Translations under genes and position numbers: made by a program
Notes under the pieces: model-generated
Database searches by the model: none
What the model was told of the DNA's origin: nothing
The model's input: only the letters and a program-made list of their open reading frames with translations
Assembly: GCA_050249235.1 (NCBI GenBank)
Contig: JBFWQW010000006.1
Span: forward strand, 1-59,738
DNA from: Acidimicrobiia bacterium
GTDB taxonomy: Bacteria; Actinomycetota; Acidimicrobiia; Acidimicrobiales; CADCSY01
Length of the DNA: 59,738 nt
Reading direction: 5' to 3'
Shown here: piece after piece, positions 39,084-48,821 of the stretch
How positions within the stretch are numbered: position 1 is the stretch's first letter
How the letters are laid out: every line of letters begins with the position of its first letter

Positions 39084-39302
39084 CACGCAGCCGTACCCGT
39101 CGGAGTCGCTGCTCCGGCTGGCGCCTGCGCAGCCCCACCAGCACGCAGCCGTACCCGTCGGAGTCGCGGCTCCCGCGGGCGCCTCCGCAGCCCCACCAGC
39201 ACGCAGCCGTACCCGTCCGAGTCGCTGCTCCGGCTGGCGCCCGCAGCCCCACCAGCACGCAGCCGTACCCGTCGGAGTCGCTGCTCCGGCTGGCGCCTGC
39301 GC
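39084..39302. repeat. 58-nt tandem repeat, about 3.8 copies (unit cacgcagccgtacccgtcggagtcgctgctccggctggcgcctgcgcagccccaccag)
   Basis: Read directly: copies at 39084-39141, 39142-39199 and 39200-39255 (56 nt), plus a partial copy from 39256. It fills the gap between the convergent response regulator stop and kinase stop. Confidence 0.9.
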
Positions 39303-39306
39303 GGCG

Positions 39307-42300
39307 TCAGCGGGTGGGGCCGACCTCGATCCAGGGGCGGCCGTCGAGGGCACGCTGGACGCGGTTGGTGAGATCGGCGGCCGAGGCCGGCTTCGAGAGG
39401 AGGTGGGCGGCGTCGATCACCTGGCCCCGCCGCTCGGGAGCGTCCTCGGCGTAGCCGGACACGAACAGGACCCGCAGCTCGGGTAGGCGGCGGGCCAGCT
39501 CGGCGGCCAGGTCGATGCCGTTCATGCCGGGCATGACCACGTCGGTGAGCAGCAGGTCCGGCGGGGACGCCGCGGCCGCGGCCAGGGCGGCCTCGGCGTC
39601 GGGCACCGCCGTCACCTCGAAGCCCTCGAGCTCGAGGAGGTCCCAGGTGAGGGCCCGGACGTCGGGCTCGTCCTCCACCAGGAGGATCCGGCCGGAGTGG
39701 GAGCCGGCGTCGGCGGCGATCTCGGCCGTCGCCGCCGGGGTGACGGCGGCCGTGGCCGCCTCGGGCAGCTCGACGGTGAACGTGGTGCCCTCCCGCTTGC
39801 GGCTCTCGACCCGGATGGTCCCGCCGGCCTGGGTCACGACGCCGTAGGCGGTGGACAGGCCGAGCCCGGTGCCTTTCGTCTTCGGCTTGGTGGTGAAGAA
39901 CGGGTCGAAGCAGTGCTCGACCTGCCGGGGGTCCATCCCCTCGCCGGTGTCGCTCACGGTGAGCACGACCCACCGGCGGTCGCCGTCGTCACGGCCGTCG
40001 GCGGCCACGACCACCGAGCCCCCGTCCGGCATGGCGTCACGGGCGTTGATCACCAGGTTGAGCAGCACCTGCTCGAGCTGGGCCGGGTCGATGAGGATGG
40101 CCCTCGGTCGGCTCGGGTCGGCCGGCAGGTCGATCGACACGTCGACCGTGCTGCCGGCCGCCAGCCGCAACACGCTTCCCATCTCGTCGAGCATCTCGTC
40201 GACGTCGACCACCTCCGGGGCCACCACCTGGTGGCGGCTGATGGTGAGGAGCTGGCCGGTGATGGCCGACGCCCGCTCCGCCGCTCGGGCGATGGCCTCG
40301 ACCTCCTTCACGTGCTCCGGGTCGTCGGCCACCCGCCCGAGCAGGAGACCGGCGTAGCCGCCGATCACCATCAGCAGGTTGTTGAAGTCGTGGGCCACGC
40401 CGCCGGCCAACCGGCCCATGGCCTCCATGCGCTGCGCCTGCTGGAGCTGCTCGGCCACCCGCCGCCGTTCGCTGGTGTCCATGGCCACGAACAGGGCGCC
40501 CTGCACCGACCCCCCGCCGTCGCGCAGGGCCGCCGACGCCACCTCGATCACGACGGCCGGGTCGCTCCCGACGAGGGTGAGCTCGACGTCGAGGACCTCG
40601 CCGCCCCCCAGGGCATCGCTCACCAGCTGCCGGAGGCTCTCGGCCGGCTCGAGCGGGAAGAAGACCGGGCTCGCCTCCGCCGGCCACCGGAACAGCTCGG
40701 CCGCGGCCCGGTTCCAGCGCACCGGGCTGCCCCCGAGGTCGAGCTCGACGATGGCGAAGGGCGACGCGTCGTACATGGCCTGCAGCCGGGCCTCGTTGCT
40801 GGAGATCGTCGAGTACAGGGTGCCGTTGGCAAGGGCCAGCGAAGCCACCTGGGCCAGCGAGGCGAGGATGGCCTCGTCCTCGAGGGCGAACGGCCCCGAC
40901 ACCCGCCGGACGGTGAGCTGCCCGTCCGTCGAGCCGTACCCGCCGACGAGCGCGGCGGACGCGGCATGGGGCTCGCCGCCCCACAGCTCACCGAGGATCC
41001 TCCCGGTGGTGACGGACAGGGGATCGCCGTCCACCGGCTCGAGCTCGAGCGACGCCTGGTCGGCGTCGAGCACCCGGCAGGCCTGCTCGACCGTCAGCCG
41101 GGCGACCTCCTCGGCCGGCAGCACGGCGTTCACGGCCACGGCCGCCCCGACGAGGCGGTTGAGCTGCGACGCCCGGCGCGACTCGCGCGCCGCGAAGTCC
41201 CGGGTCTCCCCCTGCAGCAGCACCCGCTCGGCGGCCACCGCGACCCGCGACGCCAGCTCGTCGATCGTGCCGAGGTCGTCCGCGCCGAACACCCGCCGGG
41301 GTCCGACGGTTGCCACCGCGAGCGTGCCCAGCGTCAGGCCACCGATGTCGATCGGCACCACGGCGATCGACGAGAAGCCGCTGCCCGGGAGGTCGACGTC
41401 CCAGTCGCCGGCCACCTCGCCGGGAGCCGGACCCCCGAGCCAGTGGCAGCGCCGGCCCCGGTGCACGACGTCGTCGGCCAGACCGTCGACCAGGGCTCCG
41501 AGGGTCTCGTCCTCCGCCCCGGCGTCACGGGGGAAGCCGGCCGACCGGGCCGTGCCGAGCAGGGAGAGCCCCGACCCGTCGACGAGGTGGACCGCGCAGT
41601 AGTCGGCGAACTCCCCCACCACCAGCGCGGGAAGGGGCCGCAGGAGCTCGTCGACGGCGTCGGCGGCCACGCCCAGCACCTCGCCCGCGCCGGCCAGCAG
41701 GGCCAGCTGGCGGCGGGCCCGCTCCTCGCCCTCCCGCGACAGCCGGGCCAGCTCGCCGAGCCGACCCCGGTCGATGGCGGCCGCGGCCCGGTCGGCCACG
41801 AGGTGGATGAGCTGCAGGTCGTAGACGCCGAAGTCACGGCGTTCGATGCCGCCCACCTCCATCACGCCGATGAGGGTCCCGTCGACGACGAGCGGCGCGG
41901 CCACGAGCGACCGGCTCGACGTCTCCATCCCGGCCACGGCATCCGGGACGCTGCGCACGTCGGGCACCACCTGGACCGCGCCGGTGTCGGCCGCCCGCCA
42001 GCACACGCCGATCGACCGAGGCACCCGCAGCCCGACCAGGTGGTCGGCACCCGGCGCAGCGGCGAGCACCAGCTCGGCCGGGTCGCCCTCGAGCAGGAGC
42101 ACCGTGGTGGCATCGGCGCCGAGCACGTCCCGGATCCGGACGAGGAGGTGGGGAAGCAGCTCGCCGAAGTCGAGCTCGGCCAGCGCCGGGTCGGTGACGA
42201 CGGCGACCGAGTCGATCACCCGCTGCGTCTCCTCCAGGAGGCGGGCGGACTCCTGGCGCGACCGGTAGTCGCGGTCGACGATGGCGGCGATGAGCACGCC

Positions 42301-42474
42301 CGTGGCGGCGACGAAGAACCAGGCGACGGTGAGCTCGGTGTCGGTGTGCTCCTGCATGAGCACGGTCCGCATCACCAGGGCCGAGGCGAACACCCAGCCG
42401 GCGACGAAGACGAGGTAGAGCCAGATCGGCGAGAGCCGGCGGCGCCCCCCCGGCGGGCTCGGGCTCATGTCCAC
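39307..42474 (-). CDS. hybrid sensor histidine kinase (2 TM, multiple GAF-like modules, PAS, HisKA, HATPase_c, C-terminal receiver)
   Basis: H-box GGVAHDFNNLLMVI, N/G boxes LNLVINARDAM and GTGLGLSTAYG, and receiver RILLVEDEPDV...LLLTDVVMPGMNG. Confidence 0.9.
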   Translation of the reverse strand: MDMSPSPPGGRRRLSPIWLYLVFVAGWVFASALVMRTVLMQEHTDTELTVAWFFVAATGVLIAAIVDRDYRSRQESARLLEETQRVIDSVAVVTDPALAELDFGELLPHLLVRIRDVLGADATTVLLLEGDPAELVLAAAPGADHLVGLRVPRSIGVCWRAADTGAVQVVPDVRSVPDAVAGMETSSRSLVAAPLVVDGTLIGVMEVGGIERRDFGVYDLQLIHLVADRAAAAIDRGRLGELARLSREGEERARRQLALLAGAGEVLGVAADAVDELLRPLPALVVGEFADYCAVHLVDGSGLSLLGTARSAGFPRDAGAEDETLGALVDGLADDVVHRGRRCHWLGGPAPGEVAGDWDVDLPGSGFSSIAVVPIDIGGLTLGTLAVATVGPRRVFGADDLGTIDELASRVAVAAERVLLQGETRDFAARESRRASQLNRLVGAAVAVNAVLPAEEVARLTVEQACRVLDADQASLELEPVDGDPLSVTTGRILGELWGGEPHAASAALVGGYGSTDGQLTVRRVSGPFALEDEAILASLAQVASLALANGTLYSTISSNEARLQAMYDASPFAIVELDLGGSPVRWNRAAAELFRWPAEASPVFFPLEPAESLRQLVSDALGGGEVLDVELTLVGSDPAVVIEVASAALRDGGGSVQGALFVAMDTSERRRVAEQLQQAQRMEAMGRLAGGVAHDFNNLLMVIGGYAGLLLGRVADDPEHVKEVEAIARAAERASAITGQLLTISRHQVVAPEVVDVDEMLDEMGSVLRLAAGSTVDVSIDLPADPSRPRAILIDPAQLEQVLLNLVINARDAMPDGGSVVVAADGRDDGDRRWVVLTVSDTGEGMDPRQVEHCFDPFFTTKPKTKGTGLGLSTAYGVVTQAGGTIRVESRKREGTTFTVELPEAATAAVTPAATAEIAADAGSHSGRILLVEDEPDVRALTWDLLELEGFEVTAVPDAEAALAAAAASPPDLLLTDVVMPGMNGIDLAAELARRLPELRVLFVSGYAEDAPERRGQVIDAAHLLSKPASAADLTNRVQRALDGRPWIEVGPTR

Positions 42475-42519
42475 ACGTTACGGCGACGACCCCCCGGCAA
42501 CGGTGCTGAAGTGGGAGCC

Positions 42520-43419
42520 GTGACGGGCGACGCGGGTGCTGACCAGGTGGCGGATCCGGCCGAGGAGGTCGCGTTCTCGTGGCTCCTCGACCTCGAGCGG
42601 CTCGACCCCGACCTGTTCCGGGCCCGCAGCCCCAACTACACCGGGCGGCCCAACCTGTTCGGCGGCCAGGTGGCGGCGCAGTCCCTCTGGGCGGCAGCGG
42701 CCACGTCCGACCCCGACCACCTGCCCCACTCCTTCCACCTCTACTTCGTGCGACCCGGCCTGGTCGGCCGGCCGGTGCTGCTGCAGGTGCAGCGGGTCCG
42801 CGACGGCCGGTCGTTCACCACCCGCAACGTGGTGGCGAGCCAGGACGGCGAGGCCATCCTGACGATGTCGGCCTCCTTCCACAAGGAGGAGCCCGGGGTG
42901 GCGGACTACTCGCCGCCGGCGACGGCGGTGGCGCCGCCGGACGAGGTGGGCGCCGAGCCCCTGCACCGCAACGGTTGGGCCTCGGGCTACGCCGCCCTCG
43001 ACGTCATCCGGCTCCCACCGGCGGACGACGACGACCCCCGGGTGCCGCACGTCCGGTCGTGGATCCGCTTCCACGACCGCCTCGCCGACGACCCGGTCGT
43101 GCACGCCTGCGCCTTCGCCTACCTCACGGACACCCAGACCGGTTCGGCGCCGAGCCTCGCTTCCGGCCTCGAGTCCGGCTCGTACATGATGACGAGCCTC
43201 GACCACGCCCTCCACTTCCACCGCCCGATCCGGGCCGACGAGTGGGCGCTGGTCGACTTCGAGCCCGTGTCGGTGGGCCGGGGCCGGGGCATGACCCGGG
43301 GCACCATCCACGCCCCCGACGGTCGCCTGGGCGCCACCGTCCAGCAGGAGCTGCTCATGCGGGCGCTCAGCGGCGACCGCCGCCCGTCCGCTCCGCCGAT
43401 CCCCCGGGAGCTCCTCTGA
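42520..43419 (+). CDS. tesB: acyl-CoA thioesterase II (TesB-like double hot-dog)
   Basis: LFGGQVAAQSL, HSFHLYFVRPG, DGRSFTTR and SLDHALHFH. The start is uncertain (GTG 42520 or 42547). Confidence 0.85.
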   Translation: MTGDAGADQVADPAEEVAFSWLLDLERLDPDLFRARSPNYTGRPNLFGGQVAAQSLWAAAATSDPDHLPHSFHLYFVRPGLVGRPVLLQVQRVRDGRSFTTRNVVASQDGEAILTMSASFHKEEPGVADYSPPATAVAPPDEVGAEPLHRNGWASGYAALDVIRLPPADDDDPRVPHVRSWIRFHDRLADDPVVHACAFAYLTDTQTGSAPSLASGLESGSYMMTSLDHALHFHRPIRADEWALVDFEPVSVGRGRGMTRGTIHAPDGRLGATVQQELLMRALSGDRRPSAPPIPRELL

Positions 43420-43444
43420 TCCCGATCATCCGCTCTGCGTTCGA

Positions 43445-43487
43445 GGATCCACGCATGTGCAGGAACCGTGAACCCGGAACCGATCGC
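43445..43487. repeat. second copy of a 43-nt intergenic element (38/43 identical to 11654-11696)
   Basis: Hand alignment of ggatccacgcatgtgcaggaaccgtgaacccggaaccgatcgc against ggatccacggatgtgtgggaaccgtgaacccggaacggatcgg. Both copies sit between convergent stop codons. Confidence 0.6.
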
Positions 43488-43491
43488 GACC

Positions 43492-44715
43492 TCAGGAGCG
43501 GAGGGTCTTGCTCCAGGGCACGCCCCGGTCGGCGGCGGGCTCGCGCGGGAGGCCGAGCACCCGGTCGCCGATGATGTTGCGCTGGATCTGGTCGGTGCCG
43601 CCGGCGATGGCGATGCCCGGGCTGCCGACCGCGCCCCGCTGCAACGCACCCGGCCCGCTGCGGCCCCGCCGCATGGACGCCATGTCCTCGGGCTGGTCGT
43701 AGCCGCCCTCGAGGATGGTGCCCTCGGGGCCGAGCAGCACCGGCGCCCAGTCGGCCAGGCGCCGACCGACGACGGAGTTGGCCAGCTTGCCGAGCGAGCC
43801 CTCGGGCCCGGAGCTGCCCTGCGAGCGCATGACGTTGGCGCGGACGGTGAGGAGGCGGAGCACCTCGGTGTCGACCCAGTGGCGCATGAGCTCGGACTTC
43901 AGGGCGATGGCCGCCGGCGAGGTCTTGTCGTCGCGAGCCTTCCAGGCCTCGACCACCCCGGCGATGGCGCCCGAGCCCCGGGCCGGCGGCGACGGCATGT
44001 TGTAGCGCTCGTGCACCAGCGTGTGCTGGGAGACGGTCCAACCGTCGCCCACCGGGCCGAGGCGCTCGGCGTCGGGCACGCGGACGTCGTGGAGGAAGAC
44101 CTCGTTGAACTCGGCGCCGCCGCTCATCTGGCGCAGCGGCCGCACCTCGACGCCGGGCGCGGTCATGTCGAGGACGAACTGGGTGAGCCCGGCGTGCTTC
44201 GGCACGTCGGGGTCGGTGCGGGCCAGGAGGATGGCGACCTTGGCCCGGTGGGCACCCGAGGTCCACACCTTCTGGCCGTTGACGATCCACTCGTCGCCGT
44301 CCCGGACCGCCCGGGTGGCGAGCGAGGCCAGGTCGGAGCCGGCGCCGGGCTCGCTGTAGAGCTGGCAGCCCATCAGCTCGGCCGTGAACAGCGGGCGGAG
44401 GTACTTCTGCTTCTGCTCCTCCGAGCCGTAGGCCAGGATCGAGGCCGCACCCTGCCCGGCGGCGATGGCGTTGGTCGAGCGGCCGTTCGGCGGTGCCCCG
44501 GCCGCGGCCAGGCGGTCGTCGATGTGGCGCTGGTGGTCGATGCTCAGGCCCAGGCCGCCGTAGCCGACCGGGTTCTGGATGTAGGCCAGGCCGGCGTCGA
44601 ACTGGGCCCGCAGGAAGGTGACGGGCTCGGTCGAGGCCGGGGGATGGGCGGCCAGGAGCTCGTCGATGACCCGATCGACCTGCTCGTCCTGTCCGTCGGT
44701 ACTGTTCGAGTCCAC
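43492..44715 (-). CDS. acyl-CoA dehydrogenase family protein
   Basis: GCQLYSEPGAGSDLASL, WIVNGQKVWTSGA and IAGGTDQIQRNIIG. GTG at 44715. Confidence 0.9.
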   Translation of the reverse strand: MDSNSTDGQDEQVDRVIDELLAAHPPASTEPVTFLRAQFDAGLAYIQNPVGYGGLGLSIDHQRHIDDRLAAAGAPPNGRSTNAIAAGQGAASILAYGSEEQKQKYLRPLFTAELMGCQLYSEPGAGSDLASLATRAVRDGDEWIVNGQKVWTSGAHRAKVAILLARTDPDVPKHAGLTQFVLDMTAPGVEVRPLRQMSGGAEFNEVFLHDVRVPDAERLGPVGDGWTVSQHTLVHERYNMPSPPARGSGAIAGVVEAWKARDDKTSPAAIALKSELMRHWVDTEVLRLLTVRANVMRSQGSSGPEGSLGKLANSVVGRRLADWAPVLLGPEGTILEGGYDQPEDMASMRRGRSGPGALQRGAVGSPGIAIAGGTDQIQRNIIGDRVLGLPREPAADRGVPWSKTLRS

Positions 44716-44786
44716 CGGCCGACGGTACCCGAGGCCGGCTCGACAGCGCCCCTTGCGTCCAGCCGCGCCGGGGAGGGGACGGTCGC

Positions 44787-45644
44787 TCAGGCCCGCCGCT
44801 CGGCGCAGGAGACGGTGTTCGAGAGGAGCAGCGCCACCGTCGTCGGGCCGACGCCACCCAGGCGGGGCGTCATCCAGCCGGCCACTTCGGCGCAGGCTTC
44901 GTCGACGTCGGACAGCACCCGCCGGCCCTCGAACGTCATGCCCCCGCCCACCACGCAGGCGCCGGGCCGGACCATGTCCGGCTGGATCATGTTCGGCACC
45001 CCGGCGGCGGCGATGAGGATGTCGGCCTGCCTGGTGTAGTCGGCGATGTTGGGGACGCCCGTGTGCACGGTCGTGACCGCGGCGTTGGCACCCGGCTCCT
45101 TGAGCGACAGCAGCATCGACAGCGGTCGGCCCAGGGTGGGACCCCGGCCGACGACCACGACGTGGCGGCCGGCCACCGGGACCTCGTAGTGGCGGAGCAT
45201 AGCCACGATCCCGACCGGCGTGCACGGCCTCGGCCCGGGCGCGCCGAGCGCCAGCAGCCCGAGGTTGTGGGGGTGCAGGCCGTCGGCGTCCTTCGACGGG
45301 TCGATGGCGGCGACGGCGGCGTTGAAGTCGCAGCCCGGCGTGGGGTTCTGGATCAGGAAGGCGTCGACGGCCGGATCGTCGTTGAACCGGCGAACGGCCT
45401 CGTCGAGGCCGGCCTGGTCGCCGGCGGCCACGTCGATGTGGTGCGAGCCGATGCCGACCTGCTCGCAGGTCTCGTGCTTCTTGCGGACGTAGCCGGCCGA
45501 CGCCGGGTCGTCGCCCACGAGGATCGTGCCCAGGCCGACGCTTCGACCGGCGGCGGCGAGCACGGCCACCCGGGCGGTGACGTCGGCCAGGACGGCGTCG
45601 GCCACCGGGGCCCCCGGCATCCAGATGACCCCGTCGGTGCTCAT
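44787..45644 (-). CDS. folD: bifunctional methylenetetrahydrofolate dehydrogenase/cyclohydrolase
   Basis: LGTILVGDDPASAGYVRKK, VVVGRGPTLGRPL and GGVGPTTVA. Confidence 0.95.
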   Translation of the reverse strand: MSTDGVIWMPGAPVADAVLADVTARVAVLAAAGRSVGLGTILVGDDPASAGYVRKKHETCEQVGIGSHHIDVAAGDQAGLDEAVRRFNDDPAVDAFLIQNPTPGCDFNAAVAAIDPSKDADGLHPHNLGLLALGAPGPRPCTPVGIVAMLRHYEVPVAGRHVVVVGRGPTLGRPLSMLLSLKEPGANAAVTTVHTGVPNIADYTRQADILIAAAGVPNMIQPDMVRPGACVVGGGMTFEGRRVLSDVDEACAEVAGWMTPRLGGVGPTTVALLLSNTVSCAERRA

Positions 45645-45716
45645 CGGATCGGCGCTCGTCGGGGTTCGGTCCTCATGACCCGACCATCATGCCTGCGGGG
45701 GCGCCCCGGCCCCCGG

Positions 45717-47276
45717 TCAATGCAGGAAGTGCCGCTCGCCCGTGAGGACCATGGCCAGGCCGAGCTCGTCGGCCCGGGCCGTGTTCTCGTCGTCCTTCAC
45801 CGAACCGCCCGGCTGGAGCACCACCGCCACTCCCGCCTGGGCGGCGGCCTCGATGCCGTCGGGGAAGGGGTAGAAGCCGTCGGTGGCCGAGGCCCCGCCC
45901 TTGGCCCGGCCGGCGGCCTTGGCGGCCGCGATCTCGGCCGCGCCGACCCGGCTCTGCTGGCCGGCGCCGACGCCCACCGCCTGCCCGTCCTTCACCAGGG
46001 CGACGCAGTTCGACTTCACGTAGGCGCAGATCCGCCAGGCCAGCTCGGCGTCGGCCCACTCCGCCTCGGTGGGCGACCGCTTGGTGACGACCCGCCAGTC
46101 GGCCCGGGTCGTGTCGAACCTGGGGGCCTGCTGCACCAGCCAACCCCCGCTCAAGTGGCGCACCTCGAGCGGGTCACGGGTGGGGGGCGAGGCGGACAGG
46201 ACGCGGGTGTTCTTGCGCTTGGCCCGAAGGACGTCGAGCACGCCGTCCTCGTAGCCGGGGGCGATCACCACGTCGGCCTGGGCCGCGTTCGCCATCCGCT
46301 CCGCGGTGGCGAGGTCGACCGGCCGGTTGAAGGCGACGATCCCGCCGAAGGCGGACTGCTCGTCGCCCTCGTAGGCGAGCCTGTAGGCCTCGGCCAGCGT
46401 GCCGGCCACGCCGACCCCGCAGGGGTTGGCGTGCTTGATGATCGCCACGCCGGGCTGGTCGGTGAGGTCGTGGGCCAGCAGCCAGGCGGCGTCGGCGTCG
46501 AACCAGTTCAGGTACGACATGGCCATGCCCTGGTGCAGCTCGACGCTGTCCCACCAGCCGGGCCGGCGCGTCCGGTAGCGGGCGCCCGCCTGGTGAGGGT
46601 TCTCGCCGTAGCGCAGGACGTCGACCCGTTCGAGGGCGAGGTGCAGGGTGGGCGGGAGCGCGGCGGCGGCATCGCCGCCTCGGGCGTCGGTGTCGCCCGA
46701 CGACTCGTCGAACCAGGTGACGACGGCGGCGTCGTAGGCCGCGGTGTGGGCGAAGGCCTTGCGGGCCAGGCCGCGGCGGGTCGCGTCGGACAGGGCACCG
46801 CCGGCCTGCAGCTCCCCGAGCACCACGCCGTAGTCGGCCGGGTCGACGACGATCCCGACATGGGCGTGGTTCTTGGCCGCGGCCCGGGTCATGGCGGGGC
46901 CGCCGATGTCGATGAGATCCTCGGCCGACGCCCCGCTGCCGTGGGCGAAGGCCGACGGGTCGCTCCCGAACGGATAGAGGTTGGCGACCACCAGCGCGAA
47001 GGGCTCGATGCTGTAGGTGGCGAGGTCGGCCTGGTGCTCGGGATCGGTGGGGTCGGCCAGGATCGCCCCGTGGATCAGGGGGTGCAGGGTCACGACCCGG
47101 TGCCCGAGCATGGGCGGGAACCCGGTGAGCTCGGCCAGGTCGGTGACCGCGAGACCCTGCTCGGCCAGGTGCCGGGCCGTGCCGCCGCTCGACACCAGGT
47201 CCCAGCCCAGATCGGCCAGGCCCCGGGCCAGCTCGGCCACGCCCGCCTTGTCGTAGACGCTCAGGAGCGCCCTCAT
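45717..47276 (-). CDS. purH: bifunctional AICAR transformylase / IMP cyclohydrolase
   Basis: [30 protein letters not shown] and QPGGSVKD. Confidence 0.95.
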   Translation of the reverse strand: MRALLSVYDKAGVAELARGLADLGWDLVSSGGTARHLAEQGLAVTDLAELTGFPPMLGHRVVTLHPLIHGAILADPTDPEHQADLATYSIEPFALVVANLYPFGSDPSAFAHGSGASAEDLIDIGGPAMTRAAAKNHAHVGIVVDPADYGVVLGELQAGGALSDATRRGLARKAFAHTAAYDAAVVTWFDESSGDTDARGGDAAAALPPTLHLALERVDVLRYGENPHQAGARYRTRRPGWWDSVELHQGMAMSYLNWFDADAAWLLAHDLTDQPGVAIIKHANPCGVGVAGTLAEAYRLAYEGDEQSAFGGIVAFNRPVDLATAERMANAAQADVVIAPGYEDGVLDVLRAKRKNTRVLSASPPTRDPLEVRHLSGGWLVQQAPRFDTTRADWRVVTKRSPTEAEWADAELAWRICAYVKSNCVALVKDGQAVGVGAGQQSRVGAAEIAAAKAAGRAKGGASATDGFYPFPDGIEAAAQAGVAVVLQPGGSVKDDENTARADELGLAMVLTGERHFLH

Positions 47277-47304
47277 CGGGTGGCTGCGTTCGTGGGCACG
47301 GCGG

Positions 47305-47871
47305 TCATGGGAGCGTTCCTTCGATGAGCTGGCGGATGATGTCGGGAAAGCGTCGGCGCTCGACCTGCTTGATGCGCTCGTGCAGCGAGTCCTCGGTGTC
47401 GCCCGGCAGGACGGCTACGGCCTCCTGGGCGAGGATCGTGCCCTCGTCGACGGCCTCGTCGGCGAGGTGGGCGGTCCAGCCGGTCACCTTGACCCCGGCG
47501 GCCAGCGCGTCGCGCACCGCGTGCCACCCCTTGAAGGCGGGGAGCAGGGCCGGATGGGTGTTGACCAGTCGGTTCGGGAACTCGGCGGCCAGGCCGGGGA
47601 CGATCGTCCCGAAGCCGGCCATCACGACCAGCTCCACCTCGTACTTGCGCAGGACGTCGCCGACCAGGGCGGTGTAGGCGGCCCGGTCGAAGCGGGGCGA
47701 GAAGTCGGTGCGCTCGACGAGCTCGGCGGCGACGCCGAACGACTCGGCCACCTCGGTGGCGGCGCAGGGCCGGTCGACCACCACCACCGCGACGGGGATG
47801 CCGTCCCGCAGGATGGCGTCGAGGATCGTGCCGCTGCCCGATGCCAGCACCCCGACCCGCACCGGCGTCAC
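47305..47871 (-). CDS. purN: phosphoribosylglycinamide formyltransferase
   Basis: VGVLASGSGT, NTHPALLPAFKG and HLADEAVDEGTILAQ. GTG at 47871; the start is uncertain by a few codons. Confidence 0.9.
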   Translation of the reverse strand: MTPVRVGVLASGSGTILDAILRDGIPVAVVVVDRPCAATEVAESFGVAAELVERTDFSPRFDRAAYTALVGDVLRKYEVELVVMAGFGTIVPGLAAEFPNRLVNTHPALLPAFKGWHAVRDALAAGVKVTGWTAHLADEAVDEGTILAQEAVAVLPGDTEDSLHERIKQVERRRFPDIIRQLIEGTLP

Positions 47872-47975
47872 GGTACCAGCGGGCCCCTCCCCCGTCGCCG
47901 GCCCCGTTCTTTGTCGATCGACCCCGGGACGACAGCCGCCCCTCCGTCGAGAAGAACGGGAGGCGGGTGCGACCG

Positions 47976-48752
47976 TCAGCGGGGATCGAGGGGGCCCGGT
48001 GGCACCGTGAGCTCGTCGGCCACCTCGACCGCATCCCGGCCGACCAGGGGGAATAGCGGGCTCCGTTCCGGGACGGCGGGACGCACCACCGGCGGGCTGG
48101 GCTCGTCGCCCTGTCGCCCGGCACCTCGTGCCTCGGCGAGTGCGAAGCTGCCCGTCGAGACATCCGCCGCCGAGAGCTTCCCGTCGAGGTCGACGTAGAG
48201 GGCGCCGTAGGCCGGCCAGGTGACCGGGGTGTAGCCGGATGCCCACCCACCCGAGAACTCACCTTGTCGCGTCAGGAAGAAGAGGTACTGGGCGCCGACC
48301 GACCGGCGCATGTCGTCCACCATCCGGGACTCGTCGCCCGGCGCGACCAGCGCCCGCAGGGCGAGGGAGACCGTCGACCGGTCATCCGGCGAGTAGCGCC
48401 CGCCGATGAACGAGTCGACCGCGACCGTGACGTCGACGACCGCCACCAGCCCGCCACCGCCCTCCCCTGCCGGGGTTGCCAGATCGACCGATCGCACGGT
48501 GCCGAGCAGGACGAGATCGCTGTCATCGCGAAGGGCCGCCGGCGTCCGTGGCACCGCTGGCGGGAGACCCGTCACGAAGTCGGGGACGAGCGCCATGTCG
48601 TAGCGGACGAGCGCATCGAAGCCACCTGCGTCGGCAACTGGTCGCCTCTCGGATGAGGGCACAAGAACCCGGCTTTCGTCGTTCATCGCCGACGCACCAC
48701 ACGATGATGCAATCACGACCAGTCCTAAGACGTAGACCTTGAGCCTCTTCAT
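47976..48752 (-). CDS. putative lipoprotein, function unknown
   Basis: MKRLKVYVLGLVVIASSCGASA (lipobox ASSC). The 5' end lies in the AT-richer islet. No family recognised. Confidence 0.55.
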   Translation of the reverse strand: MKRLKVYVLGLVVIASSCGASAMNDESRVLVPSSERRPVADAGGFDALVRYDMALVPDFVTGLPPAVPRTPAALRDDSDLVLLGTVRSVDLATPAGEGGGGLVAVVDVTVAVDSFIGGRYSPDDRSTVSLALRALVAPGDESRMVDDMRRSVGAQYLFFLTRQGEFSGGWASGYTPVTWPAYGALYVDLDGKLSAADVSTGSFALAEARGAGRQGDEPSPPVVRPAVPERSPLFPLVGRDAVEVADELTVPPGPLDPR

Positions 48753-48821
48753 CTTCCCTCCGATTCTCGTAGCGTCCTCACACAACATGAGATCGGCGTC
48801 TAGAGACTTGCCTTTTCCCCA

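Noticed and set aside
39084-39302. Possible CRISPR array (also considered for 8703..8799).
   Set aside because: The repeats are directly abutting with no unique spacers, and no cas genes are nearby.
38931-39371. ORFs reading through the 58-nt tandem array on both strands, giving repeated peptides such as APAGAATPTGTAACWWGCG.
   Set aside because: The periodic peptide is a by-product of the DNA repeat. The unit length of 58 nt is not a multiple of 3, so the frame shifts between copies. There are no start or SD signals, and the array sits between two convergent stops.
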